Assembly (NCBI GenBank): GCA_036514715.1 | Contig: DATBWR010000004.1 | Coordinates: 9,147 to 73,146, forward strand | Reading direction: 5' to 3' | Source: Candidatus Nanoarchaeia archaeon | GTDB lineage: Bacteria; Patescibacteriota; Microgenomatia; Woykebacterales; RBG-16-39-9b | Length of the DNA: 64,000 nt | Shown: positions 1 to 8,782 of the stretch, piece after piece | Numbering within the stretch: the first letter of the stretch is position 1 | Layout: the number at the start of each line of letters is the position of its first letter | Notes under the pieces: model-generated | Told to the model about the DNA's origin: nothing | Database searches by the model: none | Seen by the model: only the letters and a program-made list of their open reading frames with translations | Program-made: the position numbers and the translations under genes

Positions 1-506
1 TAGCCTTTGCCTTTGTTACCGACTTCCCACTTTTTGAGTATGATAAGGAAGAAAAACGCTGGACTTTTTCCCACAACCCCTTTACTTCTCCGGATGAAAA
101 AGGTCTGAAAGATGTGATGGAAGAAAAACGTATTGGAGAAATAGGCTCCTTGCAATATGATTTAGTTTGCAACGGTTTTGAACTGGCTAGCGGTAGCATC
201 CGTATTCACGACCCAGCAGTTCAAAAGCAGGTTTTTAAGATTATGGGATATTCGGAAAGTGAGATTAAAGAAGATTTTGGCCATATTTTAGAAGCCTATG
301 AATATGGAGCTCCGGTGCACGGAGGAATTGCCGTTGGGTTGGATCGTCTAGTTGCGGTGGTAGCGGGCGAATCTTCAATCAGAGAGGTAATTGCCTTTCC
401 CGTAACTTCCTCTGGACAAACGTCAGTTATGGAAGCTCCAAGTGTTGTGGAAGAAAAAAAACTAAAAGAGCTTGGTATAGAGGTTAAGAAAATTAATAAA
501 GAGTAA
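1..506 (+). CDS. aspS: aspartyl-tRNA synthetase, C-terminal part (5' end outside window)
   Basis: Frame is open from the window edge (from nt 3: FAFVTDFPLFEYDKEEKRWTFSHNPFTSP...), then the class II aaRS motif-3 region GSIRIHD...YGAPVHGGIAVGLDRLV. Stop codon at 504-506. Confidence 0.8.
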   Translation, partial: AFAFVTDFPLFEYDKEEKRWTFSHNPFTSPDEKGLKDVMEEKRIGEIGSLQYDLVCNGFELASGSIRIHDPAVQKQVFKIMGYSESEIKEDFGHILEAYEYGAPVHGGIAVGLDRLVAVVAGESSIREVIAFPVTSSGQTSVMEAPSVVEEKKLKELGIEVKKINKE

Positions 507-557
507 TTTTACTATACTACTAAAAAATATGGGTATAAGTAATACTCAAAATACTTC

Positions 558-1640
558 TTACTTTTGGAATTCTGGTGAAATTGCAGATACGTAAGCAACA
601 AATTTTTCTTTTTCCGGGCCATTTTGACCCTCACCTTCAAAAACATAAACTGGTTGTAAAAACCTGGTTTCCTTAATTGGGCTTAAATAAGCTAAGTAAA
701 TTTTTAAAATAACTACTGTCTTGAATTTGCGAGCATTATCAGTAGCCACGTGACTCTTACCTTCTTTAAGATCTGCGTAGGCAGCCTCTGCAGTTTTGAG
801 GTTGTAAGTGCCAAAGTTGTTAAAATCCACACCCCAATAAGTGAAATTAAGTTCTAAAAGACGTTTTTCTAGCTTTCCAGCAGGGGAGATTAAAATGTTT
901 ACTGAGGATAAGTTAGTGTTTGGTTCAACAAGGGCATAGTTCTTACCTTTGAAACTGATATCTTTTCTAAAGAATTCAACCAAAACAGCATTTGCTTCTG
1001 AAAAACTTCCCACGCGGTTGCGGGTAGAACCTTCAAGTTTCCAAAAACTTACTTTAGTTTTTCCCTCCTTAAATTCATCTTTTAAAGATTTAAAGCTGCC
1101 TAAAAAGTTGCGGGCTTGACCAGCTATCTCGCTGTCGGTAGTTTTAAACACGCCTAGCAAACTTTCTGGGTCAGCAACCCAATCGTAGGCATAGACAAAA
1201 TTGTTGGTGACAATGTTCAGTTTCAAAGATCGGTTGGGATTTTTAGAGTTATTCCAGAGCCAGACCGGTTCGTTTAGTTTAATTGGGTTAGAATCCAACC
1301 CCCCATTGCGAGCGATCTCCGACCCGTTTTCCAGGGAAGTAAATTTGCCTTCCAAAGCAGGTATAGCAAAAACCGGCAAGAAGGTTGGGTTGGCTGGAAA
1401 CTCCCCACCGGGAGTTTGCAAGTCGAGTTCTAAAAGTTTATTAGTAGTATTAACAGTTTGGAATGGTCGAGGTAATTTACCGAAAGCCTGATCAGCTTCC
1501 TCAGGTCCCAAAGGAAAGATAATTCTGAAGAAAAAAGACAGAACGATCCAGATTAACCAGACAAAAAAAAGTCCGAGCAAACTGTAACCGCCCCATTTAA
1601 TAAGGGCTCGTATCTTTTCAGCAAGTATGGGCAGCTCCAC
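558..1640 (-). CDS. hypothetical membrane-anchored protein (N-terminal TM helix, large extracytoplasmic domain)
   Basis: 360-aa ORF with an N-terminal hydrophobic segment LLGLFFVWLIWIVLSFFF. No recognisable catalytic motif. Confidence 0.5.
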   Translation of the reverse strand: MELPILAEKIRALIKWGGYSLLGLFFVWLIWIVLSFFFRIIFPLGPEEADQAFGKLPRPFQTVNTTNKLLELDLQTPGGEFPANPTFLPVFAIPALEGKFTSLENGSEIARNGGLDSNPIKLNEPVWLWNNSKNPNRSLKLNIVTNNFVYAYDWVADPESLLGVFKTTDSEIAGQARNFLGSFKSLKDEFKEGKTKVSFWKLEGSTRNRVGSFSEANAVLVEFFRKDISFKGKNYALVEPNTNLSSVNILISPAGKLEKRLLELNFTYWGVDFNNFGTYNLKTAEAAYADLKEGKSHVATDNARKFKTVVILKIYLAYLSPIKETRFLQPVYVFEGEGQNGPEKEKFVAYVSAISPEFQK

Positions 1641-1760
1641 CTTTCAAGTATAACCTGCCCTTAAAGAGGCTTTCAAGTTAAAAGAGATAGAGGCTCAGAG
1701 ATTGGAAGACTGTATTTGAGTGTGTGTGTAAAACCAAGAAAAATCTCGTATAATTAGGCC

Positions 1761-3179
1761 ATGCCCAAAGAAAAAACCAAAGTTAGGACTAGGATTGCTC
1801 CGTCACCAACCGGTAGTCCCCACATCGGCACCGCCTACGCAGCCTTATTTAACTATTGTTTTGCCAAGCAAAACAGTGGTGATTTTGTCTTGCGTATTGA
1901 GGATACTGATCGAGCTAGGTTAGTAGAAGGTTCCGAAGAGGAGATTTATGAAGCTTTGAAGTGGCTTGGTTTGGAGCCGGACGAAAGTCCACAAAAGGAG
2001 GGAAAATTTGGACCCTATCGCCAATCGGAAAGGCTCGCAATTTATCGACAACAGCTAGAAAATTTGGTCAAGGAAGGTAAAGCCTATTACTGTGATTGTT
2101 CTCCCGATCGTCTTGAAAAATTGCGCAAAGAACAGCTCTCTAGAGGAGAAGCCCCTCATTACGATCAAAAATGTCGGCAAGAGCCACCCAAAAAGATTAA
2201 TAAGGTTGTAGTACGTTTGGCTGTTCCCCAAACAGGTGAGACTGTAGTTGAGGACAAAATCCATGGTAAAGTGGTCTTCCAAAACAACCTCATCGACGAT
2301 CAAGTACTCTTAAAATCAGATGGCTACCCAACTTACCACCTAGCTAGTGTGGTTGACGATCACTTAATGGAAATCTCCCATGTAATCCGCGCCGAAGAGT
2401 GGCTTTCCAGCACTCCAAAACATGTTTTACTTTACCAAGCCTTTGGTTGGAACTTACCCGAATTTGCCCACCTGCCGCTGCTTCGCAACCCTGATCGCAG
2501 TAAAATTAGTAAACGCAAGAATCCGGTAGCGATCAATTTTTATCGTGAACAAGGTTATTTACCAGAGGCACTACTTAATTTCTTGGGCTTGATGGGTTGG
2601 TCAATGCCAGACGGTAGGGAAATTTTTAGTTTGGATGAGATGGTTAAAAACTTTACCTTCGAAAGAGTTGATCCAAGCGGTCCGGTCTTTGACATAGATA
2701 AACTTTCTTGGTTGAACGGTGAATACATCCGTAAGTTGTCTGACCGGCAGTTGCTTGAGCGGTTAAAACCGTACACAAAATATTCACCAGAGCAAGTTCT
2801 CAAGGTCGTACCGCTGGTTAAAGAAAGACTAAAAAAACTATCAGAGTTCAACTCTCTGACTAGCTATTTTTTTGAAGAGCAGATTGATTTTGATCCTAAA
2901 TTGGCGGTGATAAAAAATCACTCAGAGGAAACGGTCAAGATTTATGAGGATATTAAGCAAACCTTTACTGGTTTGGAACCTTGGGATAAGAATTCTTTGG
3001 AGAAAGCTCTTGAAGTAAAACCACAAGAGTACGGTGTTTCTAAGACAGAGCTTTTTCAAAGTATCCGAGGTACTGTTACCGGTGGATTAACCTCACCTCC
3101 GCTCTACGACACCTTAGAGATGATCGGCAAAGAAAGGGTTGTTTCCAGAATTGGAACAGCGGTAGAGGAACTTAAGTAA
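1761..3179 (+). CDS. gltX: glutamyl-tRNA synthetase
   Basis: Class I signature PSPTGSPHIGTAYAALFNY (HIGH motif) and KISKR (KMSKS motif). A TATAAT at 1749-1754 lies 7 nt before the ATG. Confidence 0.9.
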   Translation: MPKEKTKVRTRIAPSPTGSPHIGTAYAALFNYCFAKQNSGDFVLRIEDTDRARLVEGSEEEIYEALKWLGLEPDESPQKEGKFGPYRQSERLAIYRQQLENLVKEGKAYYCDCSPDRLEKLRKEQLSRGEAPHYDQKCRQEPPKKINKVVVRLAVPQTGETVVEDKIHGKVVFQNNLIDDQVLLKSDGYPTYHLASVVDDHLMEISHVIRAEEWLSSTPKHVLLYQAFGWNLPEFAHLPLLRNPDRSKISKRKNPVAINFYREQGYLPEALLNFLGLMGWSMPDGREIFSLDEMVKNFTFERVDPSGPVFDIDKLSWLNGEYIRKLSDRQLLERLKPYTKYSPEQVLKVVPLVKERLKKLSEFNSLTSYFFEEQIDFDPKLAVIKNHSEETVKIYEDIKQTFTGLEPWDKNSLEKALEVKPQEYGVSKTELFQSIRGTVTGGLTSPPLYDTLEMIGKERVVSRIGTAVEELK

Positions 3180-3207
3180 ATAAGCTTAATCTGTTATCAT
3201 AATTTTA

Positions 3208-4494
3208 ATGGACCAACCTGCCTACGCCAGTGAACTGCAAGAAGCTCAAGAAAGAGAAAAACACTTACGCTTTGAAAAAGTTGCCGAAAAGTCAACTTAC
3301 TTAGTTATTTTCGGCGGCTTACTACTGACCTTCCTACCGCTCTCTTTTCCTATCCAGAGAGGGAGCCTTTACATTCTTTTCACCCTTGCCCTGCTAGTTG
3401 CTTTTTTCTGGTTTAGATTGTTGCCCCAGAGCTTTATCAGCCCTCTTAAATCGTTTCTTTACTTCTTATTCTCAGTCAGTTTTATTTACCTAGGTGTTCA
3501 TTTTACGAACGGTATTCAAAGTTTTGTAGTTTTCATCTTTTATCTTTCAGTTTTGAGAGCAGCTGCGTTCATTAATCTGGTTGGTTTTGTTGCGATAGTC
3601 TTATTAATAACGACCCTACTATTAATTGAGGCCTATTTTTTTAACACCTACCTGTCTTTAGACCAACGCCTAAGTTTATGGGCGTTACACGCATGGGCTC
3701 TAGCGGTCATTGCTATCTTTGGCAGGTACATTTTTGACAAAGAGCAAAAAGCGGAGAGTTTGGAGGAGTCAGCTAAGCTTAAGACCGCCAAACAGATTGA
3801 TGCGGTAAAAAACGAGTTCGTTTTCTTGATATCAAAAAAACTCAAAAAACCACTCCTACTTTTAGAAAGCTACTTAGCAACCGCCCTTAAGAGCGTGGAT
3901 CAAAATTGGAGTAAGGAGCTGAGTGATTTCCTTAGTAAAGCCAGCGAAAATTCCCAGCGACTGGCTAATCTGGTCAACGATCTTTCTGATCTTTCTTCTG
4001 TCGAAAGCCAAAAACTGAGCTTAGAGAAAAAACCAGTGGATCTCAACCAAGTTGTTGGTTCTACCTTGTCCGATTTCAACATGCGGGCTGCCGAAAAGAA
4101 CATTACCCTCAGTTATCAACCTACAGGCGACAAGGTGCTGGTTTTGGCGGACCAGTCGCGCTTGCACGAAATTCTAGCCAACTTGGTTGATAACGCCATT
4201 AAGTATTCACCCAACTCAGCCGTAATACAAGTTAGTTTTGGACACGATGGAAAAATTGCCCAGGTGAATATTAAGGACAACGGTTTGGGAATTCCGGATG
4301 AGGCTAAAAACCATCTTTTTGAGAAGTTTTACCGGGTCAACCGCAGTAATAGTGAACCAAAAGGGACAGGCTTAGGGTTGTTTGTCACCAAAGAGTTAGT
4401 AGAAAGGCAAGGCGGTAAAGTTTGGTTTGAGAGCAAGGTAAACGAGGGAACTAATTTTCACTTTACCCTACCGTTAGCAGGTAATTATGGATAA
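3208..4494 (+). CDS. sensor histidine kinase (multi-TM N-terminus, HisKA, HATPase_c)
   Basis: N-terminal TM helices, then an H-box-like region and ATPase N/G boxes: NLVDNAIKYSP, DNGLGIP, GTGLGLFV. Confidence 0.85.
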   Translation: MDQPAYASELQEAQEREKHLRFEKVAEKSTYLVIFGGLLLTFLPLSFPIQRGSLYILFTLALLVAFFWFRLLPQSFISPLKSFLYFLFSVSFIYLGVHFTNGIQSFVVFIFYLSVLRAAAFINLVGFVAIVLLITTLLLIEAYFFNTYLSLDQRLSLWALHAWALAVIAIFGRYIFDKEQKAESLEESAKLKTAKQIDAVKNEFVFLISKKLKKPLLLLESYLATALKSVDQNWSKELSDFLSKASENSQRLANLVNDLSDLSSVESQKLSLEKKPVDLNQVVGSTLSDFNMRAAEKNITLSYQPTGDKVLVLADQSRLHEILANLVDNAIKYSPNSAVIQVSFGHDGKIAQVNIKDNGLGIPDEAKNHLFEKFYRVNRSNSEPKGTGLGLFVTKELVERQGGKVWFESKVNEGTNFHFTLPLAGNYG

Positions 4495-5785
4495 AGATAC
4501 TTCTGGTAAAGCTAATAACTCCGCTGATAAGACCGTTATCTGGAAAAGGCTTTTTCTAGCAACCGCGCTGGTTTTGGTAGGAGTATTAGTAGCCAGCTTG
4601 CCTTTACCTCACCCCCTGACTTCGCGTCCGGTTACTACTAATTTAACCGGTGTTTTACTAACCCTTGGCAGCCTGCTAGCAGGTTTGGTAGTTTGGTGGA
4701 GCCTGCTGGCGCAAAAGTTCTCACCGCAAGTGAGAACTTTTGTAGAGGTGCTCATTTACTTGACAGCTATTAACATAGTAGTCAAGTTTACCGGTGGTCT
4801 CTATAGTTACTTCACTTTTCTTTATTTCCTCCCCATCCTTTATTCAGCCAGTAACTTTACTGCTAGGTACAGCTGGGCGGTTTTTATTTTTACAGCCCTT
4901 ATTATGAGTTTTCACCTGCTCGATAATAACGGAAGCTCATTTTCCGGCTCTGTCAGCGCACTAATCCTTAATTTGTTTGGGGTTTGGCTGGTTAACGGTT
5001 TGGGTAGGTCTCTAGCAGAACAGCTCGAACTTATTCATCAACGTCAAGTTGAAATTCAACTCGAACAACTCAATAAACTTGACAAGATTAAAGACGAATT
5101 TGTCTTTATTATCGCTCACGAACTGAGAAGCCCAATTACAGCTATCAGGGGTTATTTGGAATTGATAACAACCGATAGTGCCTTGAAGATTTCGGAAAGC
5201 CTAAAAAGTCTTTTGCAGAAGAGCTTTAATACCAGTACTAAGTTGGCTAATTTAGTAGGGTTGCTGCTGGAGATTGCTCGGATTGAGACCGGTAAAATTC
5301 GCTTCTACTATCAAAAAATCGATCTTCGCGACTCTTTGGATTTTGTTACGGCAGCTCTTAGAAGCGAGGCGGCCCAAAAGGATATCCAAATTACTACTCA
5401 GGTTGAAAAAGAAAATATTGTTTCAGTTGACAAAGAACGTTTGGAGGAAATTCTTAACATCATTATTGGTAACGCTATTGAGTACACGAGAGAGCATGGG
5501 AAAATCTTGATCAGTAGTCAGTCAACTGAGAAAGAGATTATCCTCTCAATTTCTGATACTGGAGTCGGTATCGCACCGGACAAAAAGGACAAGATTTTCG
5601 AAAAAATTTCTTCTGATGATGATCAAAACGGAGAAGCAACAGTTAAAGAGTATAGGATAAGCTTATACGTTGCCAGGCAGTTGTTGGCTCTCATGAAAGG
5701 CGATATAACTTGTGAGAGTGTTGTGGGTAGGGGAACGACCTTTAACCTTTCGCTACCCCGCTATTGGAGTTGGGGGACCCCTTAG
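4487..5785 (+). CDS. sensor histidine kinase
   Basis: H-box FVFIIAHELRSPITAIRGYLEL. N/G boxes IIGNAIEYT, DTGVGI, GRGTTFNLSLP. Overlaps the upstream kinase gene by 8 nt. Confidence 0.85.
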   Translation: MDKDTSGKANNSADKTVIWKRLFLATALVLVGVLVASLPLPHPLTSRPVTTNLTGVLLTLGSLLAGLVVWWSLLAQKFSPQVRTFVEVLIYLTAINIVVKFTGGLYSYFTFLYFLPILYSASNFTARYSWAVFIFTALIMSFHLLDNNGSSFSGSVSALILNLFGVWLVNGLGRSLAEQLELIHQRQVEIQLEQLNKLDKIKDEFVFIIAHELRSPITAIRGYLELITTDSALKISESLKSLLQKSFNTSTKLANLVGLLLEIARIETGKIRFYYQKIDLRDSLDFVTAALRSEAAQKDIQITTQVEKENIVSVDKERLEEILNIIIGNAIEYTREHGKILISSQSTEKEIILSISDTGVGIAPDKKDKIFEKISSDDDQNGEATVKEYRISLYVARQLLALMKGDITCESVVGRGTTFNLSLPRYWSWGTP

Positions 5786-7073
5786 AAGGAACCGACCCGT
5801 GCTAATTAGAAACCGAAATCAGCTTGTCAGCAGCTCTTTAAGAAAGAAAGCCTTGGCAATAATTGAAGCGGGACTAGCCTCCATTGATACTAAAAAAATC
5901 ATTCACGAGAATTTGACCCTTAAGAAAAACTTCCTTTTTATCAAAGACGCCCATTACGATTTAGACAGATATCGACAGGTTTTTTTGGTGGCCGTTGGGA
6001 AAAGCGCTCTGTCTGCCTCTTGTGAAATTGGAGAGATTTTAGGAAAAAAACTTAAAAGCGGAGTTGTTTTGTCACTAAAAGAAGGTAAAGTACCAAAAAT
6101 GGAAGTTTTTTCTTGCACCCACCCCGCACCTTCCGAGCAGAATGTCAAAGCAACCATTAAGGCACAAGAACTTTTAGAGTCGGTTGGGCAGGACGACTTG
6201 TTAATAGTTGTTGTTTCAGGTGGTGGCTCCTCCATGCTAACAGCACCCTATAAGATCAGCATAAGCGAAAAAGCCTCTGTTGCTAAAGTCCTGATGAGCT
6301 CTGGGGCTACTATTGAAGAGCTAAACACAGTTAGGAAGCATCTATCCCTAGTTAAGGGAGGGCGTCTGGCAGAACTTGCTTATCCGGCAACTATTGTTAC
6401 TTTGATCTTTTCTGATGTAGCTACAAATAACCTTAGCACTATTGCTTCCGGTCCAACAGTAATGGATCATACTACCAACGGGCAGGCAAGAGCAATTTTA
6501 GATAAATATAAAGTTCAAGAAGTCCTTAAATTGCCAAAACTTGATCTAAGTGAAACACCAAAAGAAACTAAATTTTTCCATAAAGTTCAACACCTCTTGT
6601 TAGTTGATAATTCTGTTGCCCTCAATGCAATGGTGGAGCAAGCGGGGAATTTAGGGTTCGCGGTAGAAGTTTACTCTAGAAACTTGGAGGGTGAAGCCCG
6701 CAAAGTAGGAAAAACCCTTTTGCAACAGTCCAAGAAAAACCAGGCTTTACTAGCCGCTGGAGAAACCACCGTTCATGTAGAAGGCTCAGGTAAGGGAGGG
6801 CGCTGTCAGGAGTTGGTGTTGGGAAGCCTTGAAAACCTAAGGGACAACCAAGTTCTAGTGGCAATTGGGACTGATGGGCATGATAATTCCGATTTTGCCG
6901 GCGCTATTGCCGATACCTCGACTCTCAAAAAGGCGGCCGGTAAAGCCCTTGACTACCAAACATTTTTAAAAAACAACGACTCTTTTAATTTCTTCAAAAA
7001 AGTTGGCGATGGTATTGAAACCGGACCACTTCCCTCCAATGTTGCCGACTTAATGCTTGTGCTGACTTCTTGA
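5712..7073 (+). CDS. glycerate kinase, MOFRL/GckA family (start codon uncertain, possibly TTG near 5853)
   Basis: LLIVVVSGGGSSMLTAP and IEELNTVRKHLSLVKGGRLAE are typical of glycerate 2-kinase / hydroxypyruvate reductase-like MOFRL proteins. The annotated start overlaps the upstream gene by 74 nt, so the real start is probably downstream. Confidence 0.7.
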   Translation: MRVLWVGERPLTFRYPAIGVGGPLRRNRPVLIRNRNQLVSSSLRKKALAIIEAGLASIDTKKIIHENLTLKKNFLFIKDAHYDLDRYRQVFLVAVGKSALSASCEIGEILGKKLKSGVVLSLKEGKVPKMEVFSCTHPAPSEQNVKATIKAQELLESVGQDDLLIVVVSGGGSSMLTAPYKISISEKASVAKVLMSSGATIEELNTVRKHLSLVKGGRLAELAYPATIVTLIFSDVATNNLSTIASGPTVMDHTTNGQARAILDKYKVQEVLKLPKLDLSETPKETKFFHKVQHLLLVDNSVALNAMVEQAGNLGFAVEVYSRNLEGEARKVGKTLLQQSKKNQALLAAGETTVHVEGSGKGGRCQELVLGSLENLRDNQVLVAIGTDGHDNSDFAGAIADTSTLKKAAGKALDYQTFLKNNDSFNFFKKVGDGIETGPLPSNVADLMLVLTS

Positions 7074-7140
7074 GCAACTTTTAAAAGCGAGTCATTGGAT
7101 AAAGAAATACCAGTGCCAACGCGAAACCTTGACTATAAGC

Positions 7141-7410
7141 TGTATAATCTGTTTAGCACTCAAAAACTAAAAAAAAGGGAATTTATCCGGGACATAGCTA
7201 ATTACCTATGGGGCGAAAAAGCCCTCCGTTTCTTCGGAAACGGGGACCGGTCTGTCTTGGCTGGTAAGAGACCAGCTTCAAACGGTTGTTAAGCGGAAGA
7301 CAGCGCGCTAATTAACAATCGATCTTGCACCCTCAAAACCCGAGCCACTGCGGTGGGGTTGGGTAGTTGTCTGACAGAGGGGCTCCCTGTTACCCGAATC
7401 TTCCACAGGT
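7141..7410 (+). ncRNA. putative tracrRNA-like structured RNA with a 3' anti-repeat (strand tentative)
   Basis: Extended -10 TGTATAAT at 7141-7148. Hairpin CCGTTTC-TTCG-GAAACGG (UUCG tetraloop) at about 7225-7242. Nested stems CTGTCTT...AAGACAG and GCTGGT-aagag-ACCAGC. The stretch 7381-7404 (GGCTCCCTGTTACCCGAATCTTCC) is complementary to repeat nt 6-26, giving 9-bp and 8-bp duplexes. It ends 49 nt before the first repeat. Confidence 0.5.
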
Positions 7411-7453
7411 TCAAGAAGCACGACTCCCGAAAGATTTCAAGCCTAACGGGGTT

Positions 7454-7706
7454 GTTGCATTCGGGTGCAAAACAGGGAGTAGAGTGTAACTTTCAAAAGC
7501 GCTGCCAGAACTATCAACACTAATAAGTTGCATTCGGGTGCAAAACAGGGAGTAGAGTGTAACAACAATCTTGATCATGAAACCACTCTTCATGTAAGTT
7601 GCATTCGGGTGCAAAACAGGGAGTAGAGTGTAACTCAAAAACAATGCTTCCGGTGTTGGCCAGTTTGATGTTGCATTCGGGTGCAAAACAGGGAGTAGAG
7701 TGTAAC
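7454..7706 (+). CRISPR. CRISPR array: 4 identical 37-nt repeats and 3 spacers of 36, 34 and 35 nt (transcribed strand uncertain)
   Basis: Repeat GTTGCATTCGGGTGCAAAACAGGGAGTAGAGTGTAAC occurs at 7454-7490, 7527-7563, 7598-7634 and 7670-7706. It carries an internal palindrome TTGCA-TTCGGG-TGCAA. Spacers are unique within the array. Confidence 0.95.
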
Positions 7707-7710
7707 AAAA

Positions 7711-7750
7711 TGGAGATGGTTTTCCCTTTACCATCTCCACTTTCTTCTTG
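7711..7750 (+). terminator. rho-independent terminator-like hairpin after the array
   Basis: Stem TGGAGATGG (7711-7719) pairs with CCATCTCCA (7731-7739) around an 11-nt loop, followed by CTTTCTTCTT. Confidence 0.6.
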
Positions 7751-7777
7751 ACTTCTCAATCATTTTTCAGTTAAAAC
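7748..7777 (+). promoter_or_regulatory. candidate sigma70-like promoter for cas1
   Basis: TTGACT (7748-7753), 17-nt spacer, TTAAAA (7771-7776). The cas1 start codon (GTG 7784 or ATG 7790) follows closely, so the leader is short or absent. Confidence 0.4.
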
Positions 7778-7783
7778 ATAAGT

Positions 7784-8782
7784 GTGTTAATGCACGAAAC
7801 CCTTTTGATCGATAAACCAGGCACTTTTCTGGGTAAGAAAAGCAGAAGAGTGGTGGTCAAAACTCCTGATTCGACAGAAGAATTTCCTTTGCTAAAAATT
7901 AAAGAGATTAACCTTGTTGGAACCGGTATTTCTTTGTCCGACGACCTAGTTTACCAGGCAGTTAAGCAAGAAGTGCAGATAAATTTTCAGGACAGATTAG
8001 GTAGGGTTTACGCTAGTATAGTCTCACCCTTTCTTAATCAAACAGTGGCAACTGTTAGGGCTCAGATAGGAGCGGAAGACACAGAAAAAGCCGCTGGTCT
8101 TGCCAAGGAGATCGTTCTGGTCAAAATTGCCAACCAGGAAAAACTACTGAGGTATTTTCTTAAGCACCAAAGGGTTTATTATCCGACCAACGCAGAGAAA
8201 ATTGGAGAGTTGAGCAACACCCTAGACTCTTTGGGTGAACAACTGCTAGTTACAAGCTTCAAACCGCTTAATTATCATAATCAATTATTTTCTTTTGAAG
8301 GCAGAGCCTCGGACAGTTATTGGCGAGGGGTTAAGTTGTTGATAGGAGGCAAAGTTGATTTCCCGGGTCGTAAAGGTAGAGGCGCGAAAGATTTGGTGAA
8401 CAGTCTGCTCAATTACGGTTACGCCATTTTGTACTCGAGGGTTTTAGCAGCATTGTTGGCCAACGGCCTTTTACCCTTCGCCGGATTTCTTCACAAAGAC
8501 CGTTCTGGGAAAAGTTCTCTTGTTTTGGATATTATGGAAATCTTTCGCCAGAAGATTGTTGATGAAACTTTGTTGATCTTTTTGAACAAGAAAAAATTGG
8601 AACCTACACTTGACCAAAACACCCTTTTTGCCTTTTCACAAAAAGTAGTTGAGAGATTTTCCTCAACCGGAAGGTTCGTTGATAACAAAAACTACACAGT
8701 GGAGAAAATAATCAGCCTGCAGGTTCAAGGTATTGCCGCCTATCTACGCGGAAATAAAAATCTAAATTTAGTTTCTTTATGA
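7784..8782 (+). CDS. cas1: CRISPR-associated endonuclease Cas1
   Basis: Cas1 hallmark block DLVNSLLNYGYAILYSRVLAALLANGLLPFAGFLHKDRSGKSSLVLDIMEIFRQKIVDE. Start is GTG at 7784 or ATG at 7790. Confidence 0.92.
   Translation: MLMHETLLIDKPGTFLGKKSRRVVVKTPDSTEEFPLLKIKEINLVGTGISLSDDLVYQAVKQEVQINFQDRLGRVYASIVSPFLNQTVATVRAQIGAEDTEKAAGLAKEIVLVKIANQEKLLRYFLKHQRVYYPTNAEKIGELSNTLDSLGEQLLVTSFKPLNYHNQLFSFEGRASDSYWRGVKLLIGGKVDFPGRKGRGAKDLVNSLLNYGYAILYSRVLAALLANGLLPFAGFLHKDRSGKSSLVLDIMEIFRQKIVDETLLIFLNKKKLEPTLDQNTLFAFSQKVVERFSSTGRFVDNKNYTVEKIISLQVQGIAAYLRGNKNLNLVSL

Noticed and set aside
1201-1491. Numerous 60-110-aa ORFs antisense to or nested in long genes (e.g. 1201..1491, 2055..2303, 14668..14967, 32142..32666, 51407..52877)
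   Set aside because: Each lies inside a well-supported longer CDS on the other strand or frame and has no motif or RBS, so they are typical spurious overlaps.
7095-7292. 65-aa plus-strand ORF upstream of the array
   Set aside because: It lies within the hairpin-dense tracrRNA-like element, has no RBS or motif, and is more plausibly non-coding.
7411-7759. Two minus-strand ORFs (109 and 79 aa) with internally repeated peptides (YTLLPVLHPNAT)
   Set aside because: They are translations of the CRISPR repeats and spacers and are not coding.
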